DNA from: Thraustochytrium aureum
Lineage: Eukaryota
NCBI GenBank assembly: GCA_012862495.1
Contig: BLSG01000394.1
Location: forward strand, 2,443-66,442
Direction: 5' to 3'
DNA length: 64,000 nt
The notes below the pieces were generated by a model that had not been told where the DNA came from, did not search any database, and worked only from the letters and a program-made list of their open reading frames with translations. Of this stretch, positions 48,501 through 59,245 are shown one piece after another (positions within the stretch are counted from its first letter, which is position 1; every line of letters starts with the position of its first letter). Both the position numbers and the translations under genes were made by a program.

Positions 48501-51500
48501 GCCGCTCCAACTGGGCCATGCGCTGCTGGCTACTATTGCCTGGACGGCTCTGACACGCCCACGAGCCGCGTGTCCTCGCCGGGGTACTACTCGCACGAGG
48601 GAGCCACAGGGCCATCTGCTTGCCTCCCTGGCGAGTTTAATGACGAGCCTGNNNNNNNNNNNNNNNNNNNNNNNNNNNNNNNNNNNNNNNNNNNNNNNNN
48701 NNNNNNNNNNNNNNNNNNNNNNNNCTTGCCCAGCAGGATTTTTTGCGATGGGTCTGCGACAACAGCGCCGAAAGTATGCCCTCGCGGTTTCTTCTGCGAT
48801 CTCGGCACTGTTATCCCCGACATGTGCCCTGCGGGCACCTTTAGCAACGCGACTCAGCTGCACAACGTCACCGCTTGCACACCATGCCCCGCGGGCGAAT
48901 ACTGCGACCGCCCAGGGCTCCACGAGCCGACTGGGCCATGCGAAGCAGGTCACTACTGTCTCGGAAGCTCGACGGAAAGCAGCCCCCAAAGCGAGACTTC
49001 CGAAGGGGGAGCCTGCTGGGAGGGCCACTTTTGTGTGGAAGGCTCAGCCTGGCCTGAGCCCTGCCCTCCGGGAACCTTCAACCCCGCACAGCAAAGGAAA
49101 GCGCTGGCTGACTGCCAACCGTGCAGTCCTGGCGAGTTTTGCGAGACGTCGGGGCTCGCCGAGCCAACCGGGTTGTGCGCTCCGGGCTACTTTTGCAACG
49201 GCGCGGCGTCAACTCCAACAGGTAACGGGCTATGCCCGGAGGGCCACTATTGCCCAGCCGGAACTGATGAGCCGAAGCGCTGCTTGAACGGCACTTACAT
49301 GCCATCTCAAGGCGCCGACGCCTGTCTGCCCTGCGTCGCTGGCTACTACTGCTTTGGCGACAGGACCACGGAGCTTCTCGAGTGCCCGCGCGGGTCGTAC
49401 TGCCCTGCAATGACTGGCGCAAGCCCGCCCCCGGGCTGTCCACCAGGCACGTTTGGGACGCGCAGCGGTCTCGCCTCCGTCGAGGAGTGCGCGATTTGCC
49501 CAGCAGGCGAGTACTGCTCCGCGTTTGGTGCCTACAACACAACTGGGCCGTGCCGCGAGGGTTTTGTCTGCGATCCTGGCAGCAAAACAGAGTTTGGCGG
49601 GGGCGTCGAGTGCGTGGACGCCGCCCTCCTCCCAAACGACTGCCCTCGCGGCTTCTATTGCCAATACGGGCGCGCGTTTCCATGCCCTCCAGCGACTTTC
49701 AACAATGAACTGGGCAAGTCGCACGCCTCAGACTGCCGCCCCTGTGATCCAGGCCACTGGTGCCACAGCGAAGCGGTGGCTGACCAGGCAGACTACCTTT
49801 GCCCAACGGGTCACTTTTGCGAATCGTCCACGTCACTGCCTTTGCCCTGCCCTGCCGGCACCTACAGGGACGAACCAGGCGCCGCCGCGTTGGAAGAGTG
49901 CTACCAATGCCCTGCGGGGCACTTTTGCCCCGGAGACGTCGCGCTCGTCCCTCGCAACGACACATACCAGTACTGGCAAGCTAGCAGCGGGTCGTCCTAC
50001 GCGCTCCCGTGCCCTGTGGGGACGTTTTGCCCCGGGAACAACACTGCCCCGATTCTTTGCCCTCTTGGGTACCGAGGCAACCCAGACGTGGCAGACGGCG
50101 CCCGATCGAGCGTGCTCGAGGGGTGCGAGCTGTGCCCCGGCGGATCGCACGGCTCGGACTCGGACCGTCTCGAGTGCTCCATGTGCGCTGGAGGTCACAT
50201 CTGCCTCGCTGGTGCGACAACGCCGACGCCAGAAAGCATTGCAGAACAGCGCGGGTACGCCTGTCCGGAGGGATACTTTTGCCCCCCAGGAGCAAAGCTC
50301 GAGCAGGCTTGCCCGCCAGGAACCTTCACAAACGAGACTGGAGTTGCTGCGTCTGTGGAAGACTGCACGCTCTGTGAACCAGGCACATACAACGAGTTCT
50401 CTGCGCAGAGCGGATGCAAGCCGTGCGCCTCGTCGTCGTTCTCCAGCTCAGGTTCGTCACGGTGCGAGTGCCTGGGGAGAAACCGCGCATTCGAAACGAG
50501 CTCGGGCAAGTGCCTGTGCGTTCCTGGTTTTGAGGCGTTCGACCAGTCGTCGGGGCTGAGTGTCAAGCTCGCTGACGACGACGACGGGATGGAAGACTGC
50601 CAACCGATCACATACCAGCGGTGCGGCACAGGCGAGGTGCTCAGCGCCGACGGCGTCTGCGTCTCCGAGTCGGCTCGGTGCGCTCTCGAGTGCTCGTACC
50701 TCGGGAACAAGGGCGGAACAATCAGCTTTGCACTTGGGGTCTGCGAGTGCTACGACGCCCCTGTTCTCAAACAGCTTTGCAACGAGACTTGCAGAGCCAG
50801 CGCCCCACGAGCGCGCTTGTCGCCAACAACGTTGGCGTCCAACGAGACGCTTGTACTTAGCACCGGAGAGGTTGTCGATCTAGCCTCGACGCCAGGGTTT
50901 CACGGGCAGATTTCCTGCAACTCTGCTGCAGGCTGCTCCGTCATCCCGTGCACGTTCCACCAAATGGCTGGGAGCGGGGGGTCGTGCACTTACGACGCCC
51001 AAAATGGTCTCGGGATGTCCACGAGCAGCCCTTCGAATGTGACAAGGAGGCTCCAAACCGACCAAGTTGCCCAGATTGGCACCCCTGGCAGTATCGAACA
51101 GCCAGTCATTTGCATCCGAGCGGGCGAAACTGTGGTATTTGACCTCGGGGGTCTCAGCGGAACCGCCTCCGCGAGTGGGAATGAGCGCAATTTCCCGGTG
51201 TACAAGAAGGACTCGCTGCTCAACACAAACCAGGGCTTTGACTACTCTGCGTTTCGGTTCCTGCGGCAGGCAACCTTTGTGCGTGTGTTTGCGTTCACTT
51301 TCACCGAACCAGGAATCTACGTGTTTGGGGCGTCGCAGAATCTTGAATTGGAGATGGTCGTTGCCGTGCAGAGCTCCGGGCGAGCATGCCCCACAGAAGA
51401 CGCGATCGTTCCCAAGACTCCGTCGGCGCTGCTTGCTCTCGGTGCTCGACGAAGCAGTGATCTCATTCTCGAGCCGGACTGGAACCTGATCGCAGCATTG

Positions 51501-54500
51501 TTTGGCGGCCTTCTCGGCATAGTCGCGCTTACGATTCTCGTCTTGTTCGCCTTCCGCGAGTTTGCGCTCGGGACGGTCACGATTGTGCCCAAGTACCGCT
51601 CAAGGAGCAGCCTCACGGCGGGCCCCAAGAAGGCCACGATCAAGAAGCGAGCCGTCAATCCGCTCCTTGGGGGGCTCAGCAAGCTCGGGATATCTCGCCG
51701 CGCTGGAAGCGCGAGCCATCCCGCCTCTCCAACGCCGCTTGGCGCGGAAAGGTGGGGCGAGGAGGACCTGGACGCACGCCAGGTCGTGGAGCGACTTGTA
51801 CACAACCACGGCGAAGTGCAAAACGAACTTGCGAAGCAAGACCACAAGATAGGCACGTTGTTTGACGAGCTCCGCGTGACTCTGCGGAACGAGACCACCC
51901 AACTAAAGACGCTTCTTAGCGCGATTCCCGGGCGTGTCACGCTCGAGTCGGCCATCGCAGTCAGGCCAGCAGTCGCAGAGCTTGACTGGGCCACTGCGAC
52001 AGCAGGCGACGAGAGCATCCCGCTTGACGTGATCCACGCCAAGGAGCAAGCGCTGCTCGAACGAAAGTGGGAGCAGGAGGACACCGACGAGCTCGAGGAA
52101 CTCGGGACGCGCCTCAGTCGCCAAGACTCGGCCGACCTGCTTGAGCAGCAACTAAAGGCGGACGAGCAGATGGAAGACCTGGAACGTATGCTGCTCGAGC
52201 GCCAAGACATTTCCGAGGAAGAACGGGAGCGGATCCTCAAGGAGTTTCAGAATGACCAAAACGAGCTGCGCGAGTCGCTCGATTTGGAGAAGCGACGCCA
52301 GCAAGAAGACCTCAAGAATAGGCTCGCGCAGCGCAAACTGCGCAACCGGCGCACTGTGTCGCGTCGGCAGCGGCGCGCGCGCCGCACCGAGGCCCGGCTC
52401 GACGAAGTACGTGGAGACGAGAGCACGCGCTCACTCCTCACGGACAGCGAAGACGAATCTGTGCCGCTCAGCACCGCAAGAGCGGCCGCCGTGCTAAAGG
52501 AAGCGCGCTTGCTCGCAGCGCAAGAAGACTCTGAACTCGCAGAGATGGATCTCGGCCTGGAACGCGAACGCGTCAATGAGGCGTCCAAGGTGGCCGAGCA
52601 GGCCAAGCAGGAAAAGTTTAACGCGCTCGACGACAAGGAGAGGACCAAGATCGAAGCTGAAATGACCAAAGCTCGTGCCGCTGCACTTGCCGAGCAGGAG
52701 GCGGCTGCCACGGCAGAGCGCGAGGCGCTCGCGTCCAAGCTCCGCAGCGAGGCGCATGCTGCGCTTAACGAGTCGCTGGCGCTCGACGCGGACGGCACGA
52801 CGGGGGCGCCGGGGCCGGGCCAAGTTGAAGAAGAGGCCGACCTCGTTGCGGAAGCAGTGCGCGACGCGCTGCAAGAGGTCAACGAGGAGGAGATCAACGA
52901 AAAGGTGAAGATTGAGCAAGAGCTCTTGTCCAACTCGCAGCGCGCCCAGGCCCAACTGCGTGAAGAGTTGGCAAAGCTAGCAGAGCAAGCCAAGTCTGAC
53001 CCGAATGCCGCCCAGCTGGCGCAGGACCTCCGAAGGCAGCACGAGGAGAAGTTTGGAAAGCTCAACGACGACCTTGCCGCCGAGCGCAAGCGGCGCTATG
53101 ACCAGCTGCAGGCGCGCATCGCCGGGCGCAAGCGAGACAAGATCAAGGCCGTCGTGCAAAAGGTCAGCGCGGAGCTTGGCGACGCAGTTGACCCGGACGA
53201 CGTGGCGGAGGAGGTGGAGGAGATGGTCGACGCCAACATCGAGGAGTCCCAGGCCAGGGTCGAATTGGAGCTGCAAGAGCGGCACAAAGAAGACCTCGCA
53301 CGACGCCTAGATCTGGAACGCCGAGAGGCCGCTCTTCTGCGGCGCGAGGCAGAGCTCATCGTCCAGGCAGCTGCCATCCAGGAGGGCAAGGACGCCGAGG
53401 AAGAGGTGCGCCGGCTTCGCGAGGCCCACGAGAGCTGCATCGCCAAACTCGACCTGGATCAGGCCAGCAAGCGCGAGCACCAGCGCGAGGCTTTGCGCCG
53501 CAAGGCGGACGCGCGCAAGAAACAGCGCCAAGCCGATCTCGCCAAGGCGCTTGCGGCCAAGCAGGCTGAGGAACTGGCGCGCGAAAAGGCTCGGGCAGAG
53601 GCGGAGTTGAAGTTGCAGGCCACAATAAACGAGGGCGACGAGGACAGCGACGCGGAAGACGAAGTAGCAGAGGCGGTCGCTGAAATGGTCGATTCTCGGG
53701 CAGAGCGTGTGTCCGAAAGCCTCAAGCACAACGCTGACGAGGCGCTGCGGGCAGAGACAGAAAAGCTGCAAAAGGAGCACGAACAACGCCTCAAAGAGAT
53801 CAAGGCCAAGCAGGAGGAGGAGCAGCACAAGCTCGAGCAGGAGATGGAGGACGCCAAAAAGAAGCTTGTGCGAGAGCGCCTCAGCGAGGAGCAACAGGAG
53901 CGTGAACGGCTGGATGCTCTCCGACGCAAGGAGGAGGAAGCGCTGGCCCAGTCCGCAAAAACCGCGGAGGAACTGCAGTCTATCAAGGAGCTCCACGAGA
54001 AGGAGTTTAACGCCAAGATCGAGAAGCAGCGCGAGTCAAGGCAGCGCCAGCGGGACAAGCTGATGAAGAAGCTGGAGCAAAAGAAGGCTCGAAAGAAGGA
54101 GTTGCTAGAGACCAAGCAGGTCCTGGAGCTCGAGAGGGAGACCGCGCCTCCCCCGGCCAGCGCGGAGCGCGCTCAGCGCGACCGCGCAGACTACTTGCAG
54201 CAGGAGGCAATGGCTGTCGCTGCGATCTTTCAGGAACCGAGCACGCGGATGCTGAATGCGGCAGAGGTTTACCGGGCCGTCGAAAAGGTTGTGGAGCCGC
54301 GCCATGCCCGCGAGAAGGCCGCGCTAGCTGAGCGCCAGTACGCTGCACGCGCGGCAAAGATCAAGTCCGTATACGCCTCGTTGAACGAGGAGAAGCACGC
54401 GAAGAAGTTGGACTTGATTAAGAGTGGCGCCAAGGTGGAGGAGATGGACGCCCTCAACGCCCTCTTCAAGGACAAGATCAAGGCTGCCGAGGAGGAGTGC

Positions 54501-56618
54501 ATCCAGGCGCTCAACCGAACGAACGCTGACGAAGAAGCCGAATTGGTGCGAAGCCAGGCGGCGGAAATCGGGCGGTACGTGGCCAAGCACAGCATTGCAC
54601 CGCGTGAGACGATCCAAATCGACGAGGAGAAGGAGCTCGTGGAGCTGCGCGCCCTCGTAGAGCAGGAAAGAGGCTCCAGACTTGAAGACATCAAGCGCGA
54701 GCAGCGTGACGAAGAGCAGCGGGCCAAAGATAGGTACGACCACGCGATGCTGCAGCTCGAAAAGCGCATGCAGCTCGAGTCCTCCGAGGTCCGCGCCAAA
54801 GCAGACGCGCGCTTCGAGCACCACCAGAGACGGCTTTTGCGCGAACAAGAGGCCGTGCAGCGGGAACAATTGGTCAAGCTTGGGACGCTTTCCGGTCGTG
54901 ACCACGCGCAGGTGCTCGAGCAGTTTGCTCTCGACCGTGAGCGACTCACGGAGGGGCTCCGGTCCGAGCGCGCAAGGCAGGCCAAAAAGCTCGAGAGCCG
55001 TGTGGCCCGTCTTAAGGAGCGTGCGGAGCGGGCAAGCCGCCGGGAGATGGAGTTGCGGCTCAAGGACGTCAAGGAACTCACGAAGCGCAAAGAGTTTATC
55101 CTCGAGGACTCTCTCCGCCGCATGTTTGAGCAACGCGTGCAACGCCTGGAGGCCGTTCTGGCTTCTAGTGCGGGCGGGCCTGGGTCTCCGCCTGGCTCGC
55201 CGGTCCGCCGTGGAGCCCAAAGTCTCGCCGCAGAGCTTTTCCGGAACTACGCTGACATCGAGGCCGGGACGACGGAGGAGCTGCAGGCCTTCCGGCGTCG
55301 GTCGACGATTGGCCGCATCCAGGCGTTGCAAGACTTTGATAGCACTGGTGGTGGTGCTGGCGCGTTTGCACCCCGGACAGGGTTGGAAAGCGCGGCGGGC
55401 CCAGCAAATTCGGCCGTTGCAGCTCGGCTCGGCAGTATCGAGCGTTTGCTACACTCTTTGCAGCAAGGTGCAAGCGCGGAAGGCTCGGCAACAGCCGTGC
55501 CTCGGAGTGCTGCTTTGGCGACCTGCGTGGACCCGCTGGACGCGTCACTCACTAGTGAGGGCGGTGCAGAGGGCGCCACGACAGTCGTTTTCGCTGCCGA
55601 CGAAGAGTTGGGCCCAGGCGAACGCGCGCGCCTTGCCTTTGGGCAGCGCGTCGTGTCCCTTGTAGGCATGAGCGACCGCCTGAAGCTCCGTGTCGCGCGG
55701 TCAGTGCCACGAAATGAGATTGGCCAGGGCTCGGCCTTTCGAAACTCGTTCCACTGGAACGCTGCGGCGAAAGAGCTGGCCATTAGAGTGGAGCGGCTGC
55801 AGAGTCTGGGAGACTTTTCGCTAGTCCTAGTGCACTGTCTTGCCCATATTCGGACGCATGGCGCAACGGGCCTGCCATTTGACGACGCAGACCCGGCGTT
55901 CGTCAAAGAGCTTTACGCCTTGTTGCGACGTGTAAACGGGTCGCTCCTTTCCGGAGGTGCGCCGCCAGATGAAGCAGGCCACCTCGGGGCCGGCGCCAAA
56001 AGCGCTGTGGCGCCTACCAAGTCTGAAGCGAGCGGCGTGCAGTCTCGCGTTGGGGCGTATGCTGCGTTTTCCAGCGGTTCTGCAGTCGACAAGCTGCTTC
56101 GTGAGCTAGGGGTGGACGTTGAGGACGACTCCTCCGGAAGCGCAATTCCGAAGTCCGGACGGTCGAGCACCGGCGGCGAGTCTGACACGGATCCTCTGGT
56201 TGCGCACCCAAGGGCCACTGTTGACTCGAGCAGAGCCCGCCACATGGAGCAGAAGCTCGTGCAACAGCGCACCAAGGTTGAGCAGTTGATCAAGGAGTGT
56301 AAAGCTGGCTTGGGGAAACTTGACGAGGAGATACAGGAGCTCAACGAGACGCTCGGCCGCGATGGAGAAGACGAGGCGCGCAAGGAGGAGCTCGGCGAGG
56401 CGATTGAACTGGCCCTCTCAAGACGGGAGGGCGAACAGCGCAGGCTTGAAAAGCTCGAGTTGGAGCTTCGCGAGCGACGGGCTCGCGAGAGCAAGTTTCT
56501 GACCAAGTCGCCGAGCCTCCGTGCCACAATCGCTGATGGCCTCGTCGAGCAGCAAAAGCAGCGCGTGTCGCTCATGAACGTCGAGCCCAAGGATGACGAC
56601 AAAGAAGAAGCAGCATAG
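42589..56618 (+). CDS. Giant (~4,700 aa) type I membrane protein: signal peptide, SPSA mucin repeat, Calx-beta/cadherin-like beta domains, dozens of GCC2/GCC3 (ephrin-receptor-like) Cys repeats, one TM, long cytoplasmic coiled coil
   Basis: Signal-like FLAVLVCLLGLQGGA; repeated CPxGxYC..G..P.PCPxGTF units from ~44590 to ~50500; TM WNLIAALFGGLLGIVALTILVLFAF at ~51480-51555; E/K/R/Q-rich heptads from ~52000 to ~55150. One-base deficits at ~43533 and ~48740 join the pieces. Confidence 0.88.
42679..42950 (+). repeat. 12-bp coding tandem repeat encoding (SPSA)n / (APSA)n
   Basis: About 20 degenerate copies of TCGCCGAGCGCT-like units. Confidence 0.95.
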
Positions 56619-56944
56619 ACTCGGATGGGCCTTCAAGTTGTACTCTTTTCTCAATCAATAGATCTTGATCAAGGAAGAGGAGTGTGCCGAGAAACCGACC
56701 CTCGGAAGCGGCGCGAGAACTCAGTACTCTACCACTCCGCGACCTTGCGTCTAAATAATGAGATTCACATTTGCATTGTATTGTCGACGAAATCGGCGAC
56801 CTCTGGACTGGGGTGGTTGCTGGAGCCCCGAATCGGCAGGAGGGTCTGGCCCAAGTATGTCTGTCCACGCCATTGCCTGCCACGGTCTCTGCTCGGCAGG
56901 CTCCACACCACTGCCTGCCGCGCAGAAATCGCGACTGGGCCGAG

Positions 56945-58948
56945 CTACTTGTGCCTCCCCCGGGAGATCGGAACGTGGGCGGTTGCAACCAGAGCGTCGC
57001 CAACAATGCGCTTGGCTAGTTTAGGGCGGTACTTGCCCAAGCCTTCTGCAAGGAGTTGAATGTCGCCAAGGTAAGCCCGCAGGTTAGCCGTTCCTGACTG
57101 CTGCACGGCATGCGGCCGCACACGCAGTTTGACTCCTCCGACGTGATCGCCACGGACGCAAGTGTCGTACTTGGCAAGCTCGTCGCGAAGCTTGTTGCAC
57201 ACACGCGCTAGGCGGCCAGCGTGGTGGTCGACCCACTGCGCCGTGTGCAGCGACGCCTGCATTAAGGTAGTTGGGCGGCCCAGGATGGTTATTTTGCTGC
57301 CAACGAAGAGGTCCCAGGCTTCAAGGGGGCCGCGCTTTCCCACCAAGTGCGAGAACGTGAACACTCGTTCGGTTCCCTGAATGACCACTTGAAAGTTGCC
57401 CGAGTCGAGATGAAAGTACACGTCGATGTGGCGCTTCGGGCCAGTTCCAGGTACTTGAGAACTTTCGTTCCACCAAGAGCGAAAGCTGAGCAAGGTGATT
57501 TCGTGCAGGGCAATAGGCCTTACTGACGACGCCCGCAGTCGCAGCGCCTTGGGATTGTTCGCGACCTCAAACGCGCTGAGATTTCGACGCACGGCAAACG
57601 TTTGGGATGCGTGTGATTCCATCAATCCATTGTAGTCTTGAGCGACAATCCCGTCCTCCGCGCCGGGCTCCGTTGCTCGCGCGCGCTGCAGGGCAAAGTT
57701 GTAAAAGTATTGGAGGCGGCGCAACTGCCGTGCGGAGCGGGCCTCGTGCGTGCCTTGGTTGCCATGGCGGCCCTGCTCGTCGAAAAAATAGTAGAACGGA
57801 ATCCAAACACGAGCAGGATCCAAGCGGGTCGCGCTGTCACCGCTGCCGCTGCCGCTGCCACCGGTCAGCTCGGAGATCTGGCTGAACTGCTGCCTTTCAT
57901 GCGCAACAAGGTCTGTAAAGTACGACGTGGCTGGGTGCTCGTCAACAAGGTCGCCAGTCACGGTGTTTCTAAAGCGCGGCTCGCATGGGGAGGCGTCCTC
58001 CTGTGCCAAACCGACCACCGCCTCCCACTCGCTTGGCAATGGGGTCTCTAGTGCTTGACGAACGACGTACAAAAGCCAGGGCTCTCGCTTCGGGTCGATT
58101 CCCCACTTGGCGGCTAGCTTTGCGACTTGTACGTGCGATATCCGCGCATACGGCCCGATAGGCCAGGCGCCGACCTCGCTCGGCGCTGGTAGAAGCGCCT
58201 CAACAAGCGCTGGGTCCAGCGTAGCCCCAACGGTCTTGCTGTGAGTTGCAATGGAAACGCATGACTCGAGGAGGTCCACAAAGTCCTCAAAGTCTAGCGC
58301 GTGGCCGACTGCTGCCCCCAGGCGCTCGACGACCGTAGACTCGACGAGAGGCGGGAACCAGTCGCATGTGGAGACGAGAGCTCGAACTTCTACGCGGTCT
58401 GCGAACGCGTGCATGATCGAGTCCGGCGCGATCGTCGTCCCTTTGCGCGATCCGTAGGCGGTCTTGGCCTCCGCGTCTTGCAGCTGCTCGTGTTCGTGTT
58501 CGTACTTTTTTTCCTCGCAACCTTTGAACTCCTCGCTTGCAGAGGACTCCGCGATGCCGATGTCTTCCGCTTTGCCAGAAACGACCTCGAAGGCCTTGGT
58601 CGCGTTGAAGACTTCTCGGAGAGCGATGCGGTCTTTGGAGGAGATCGCTCTGGAGGATGCTGGGCGATGCTTGGACCACAGCTCAGCGAAGTCCCTGCAC
58701 GGCAGCACAGCTGTGCCCGTCTCGAGGAGCGCGAGCAGGAAAGCGTCCGACAAGCCCTCTCGGACGCACAAGGGCCGGAGCCAGTAGCTTGCGTACAGCA
58801 ACCCGCGGGTCTCCTCGTCGCTGTTCCGGATCCGTTCAAACAGCCTCCGCACATCGATCATCGGCGGCTCGCCGTGCTGCTCGGAGGCGTCCTCGGCGAG
58901 CGCTTTCGCGAGCAGCTCCAGTGCGTCCAGCCCGTCGTGCGACCCCAC
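56945..58948 (-). CDS. Protein with CEP164-N-terminal-like helical/WW module and C-terminal DM10-like domain (5' end uncertain)
   Basis: WGIDPKREPWLLYVVRQALETPLPSEW...FRNTVTGDLVDEHP resembles the CEP164 N-terminus. RHIDVYFHLDSGNFQV...LEAWDLFVGSKITILGRPTTLMQASLHTAQW resembles DM10. No in-frame ATG at the 5' end; an upstream exon or frameshift is likely. Confidence 0.7.
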   Translation of the reverse strand: MGSHDGLDALELLAKALAEDASEQHGEPPMIDVRRLFERIRNSDEETRGLLYASYWLRPLCVREGLSDAFLLALLETGTAVLPCRDFAELWSKHRPASSRAISSKDRIALREVFNATKAFEVVSGKAEDIGIAESSASEEFKGCEEKKYEHEHEQLQDAEAKTAYGSRKGTTIAPDSIMHAFADRVEVRALVSTCDWFPPLVESTVVERLGAAVGHALDFEDFVDLLESCVSIATHSKTVGATLDPALVEALLPAPSEVGAWPIGPYARISHVQVAKLAAKWGIDPKREPWLLYVVRQALETPLPSEWEAVVGLAQEDASPCEPRFRNTVTGDLVDEHPATSYFTDLVAHERQQFSQISELTGGSGSGSGDSATRLDPARVWIPFYYFFDEQGRHGNQGTHEARSARQLRRLQYFYNFALQRARATEPGAEDGIVAQDYNGLMESHASQTFAVRRNLSAFEVANNPKALRLRASSVRPIALHEITLLSFRSWWNESSQVPGTGPKRHIDVYFHLDSGNFQVVIQGTERVFTFSHLVGKRGPLEAWDLFVGSKITILGRPTTLMQASLHTAQWVDHHAGRLARVCNKLRDELAKYDTCVRGDHVGGVKLRVRPHAVQQSGTANLRAYLGDIQLLAEGLGKYRPKLAKRIVGDALVATAHVPISRGRHK

Positions 58949-59245
58949 CGCCCTGCGCAGGGCTTTTGCTCGCGGAGGCGCTGGCAGGGTTCAAGGGCGT
59001 GCTCGTGCGCCGGCGGGGGGCGTGCTCGCCGCTGGCGTATGGCGAGAGCTCTGGCCGCNNNNNNNNNNNNNNNNNNNNNNNNNNNNNNNNNNNNNNNNNN
59101 NNNNNNNNNNNNNNNNNNNNNNNNNNNNNNNNNNNNNNNNNNNNNNNNNNNNNNNNNNNNNNNNNNNNNNNNNCGACACGAACGCCAACGGACCGGACCC
59201 AACGGCTCTGGGCAATGGAGAGCGGGTCTTTTGCTGCGTGCATGG

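Noticed and set aside
2925..48745. Programmed frameshifting or pseudogenisation in several genes (2925, 12500, 18325, 24910, 25200, 36170, 43533, 48740)
   Set aside because: Most breaks are one-base miscounts in homopolymer or doubled-base runs (the DDB1 one is at a contig edge), correction restores conserved motifs, and no in-frame stops accompany them. This fits sequencing error; raw reads would confirm.
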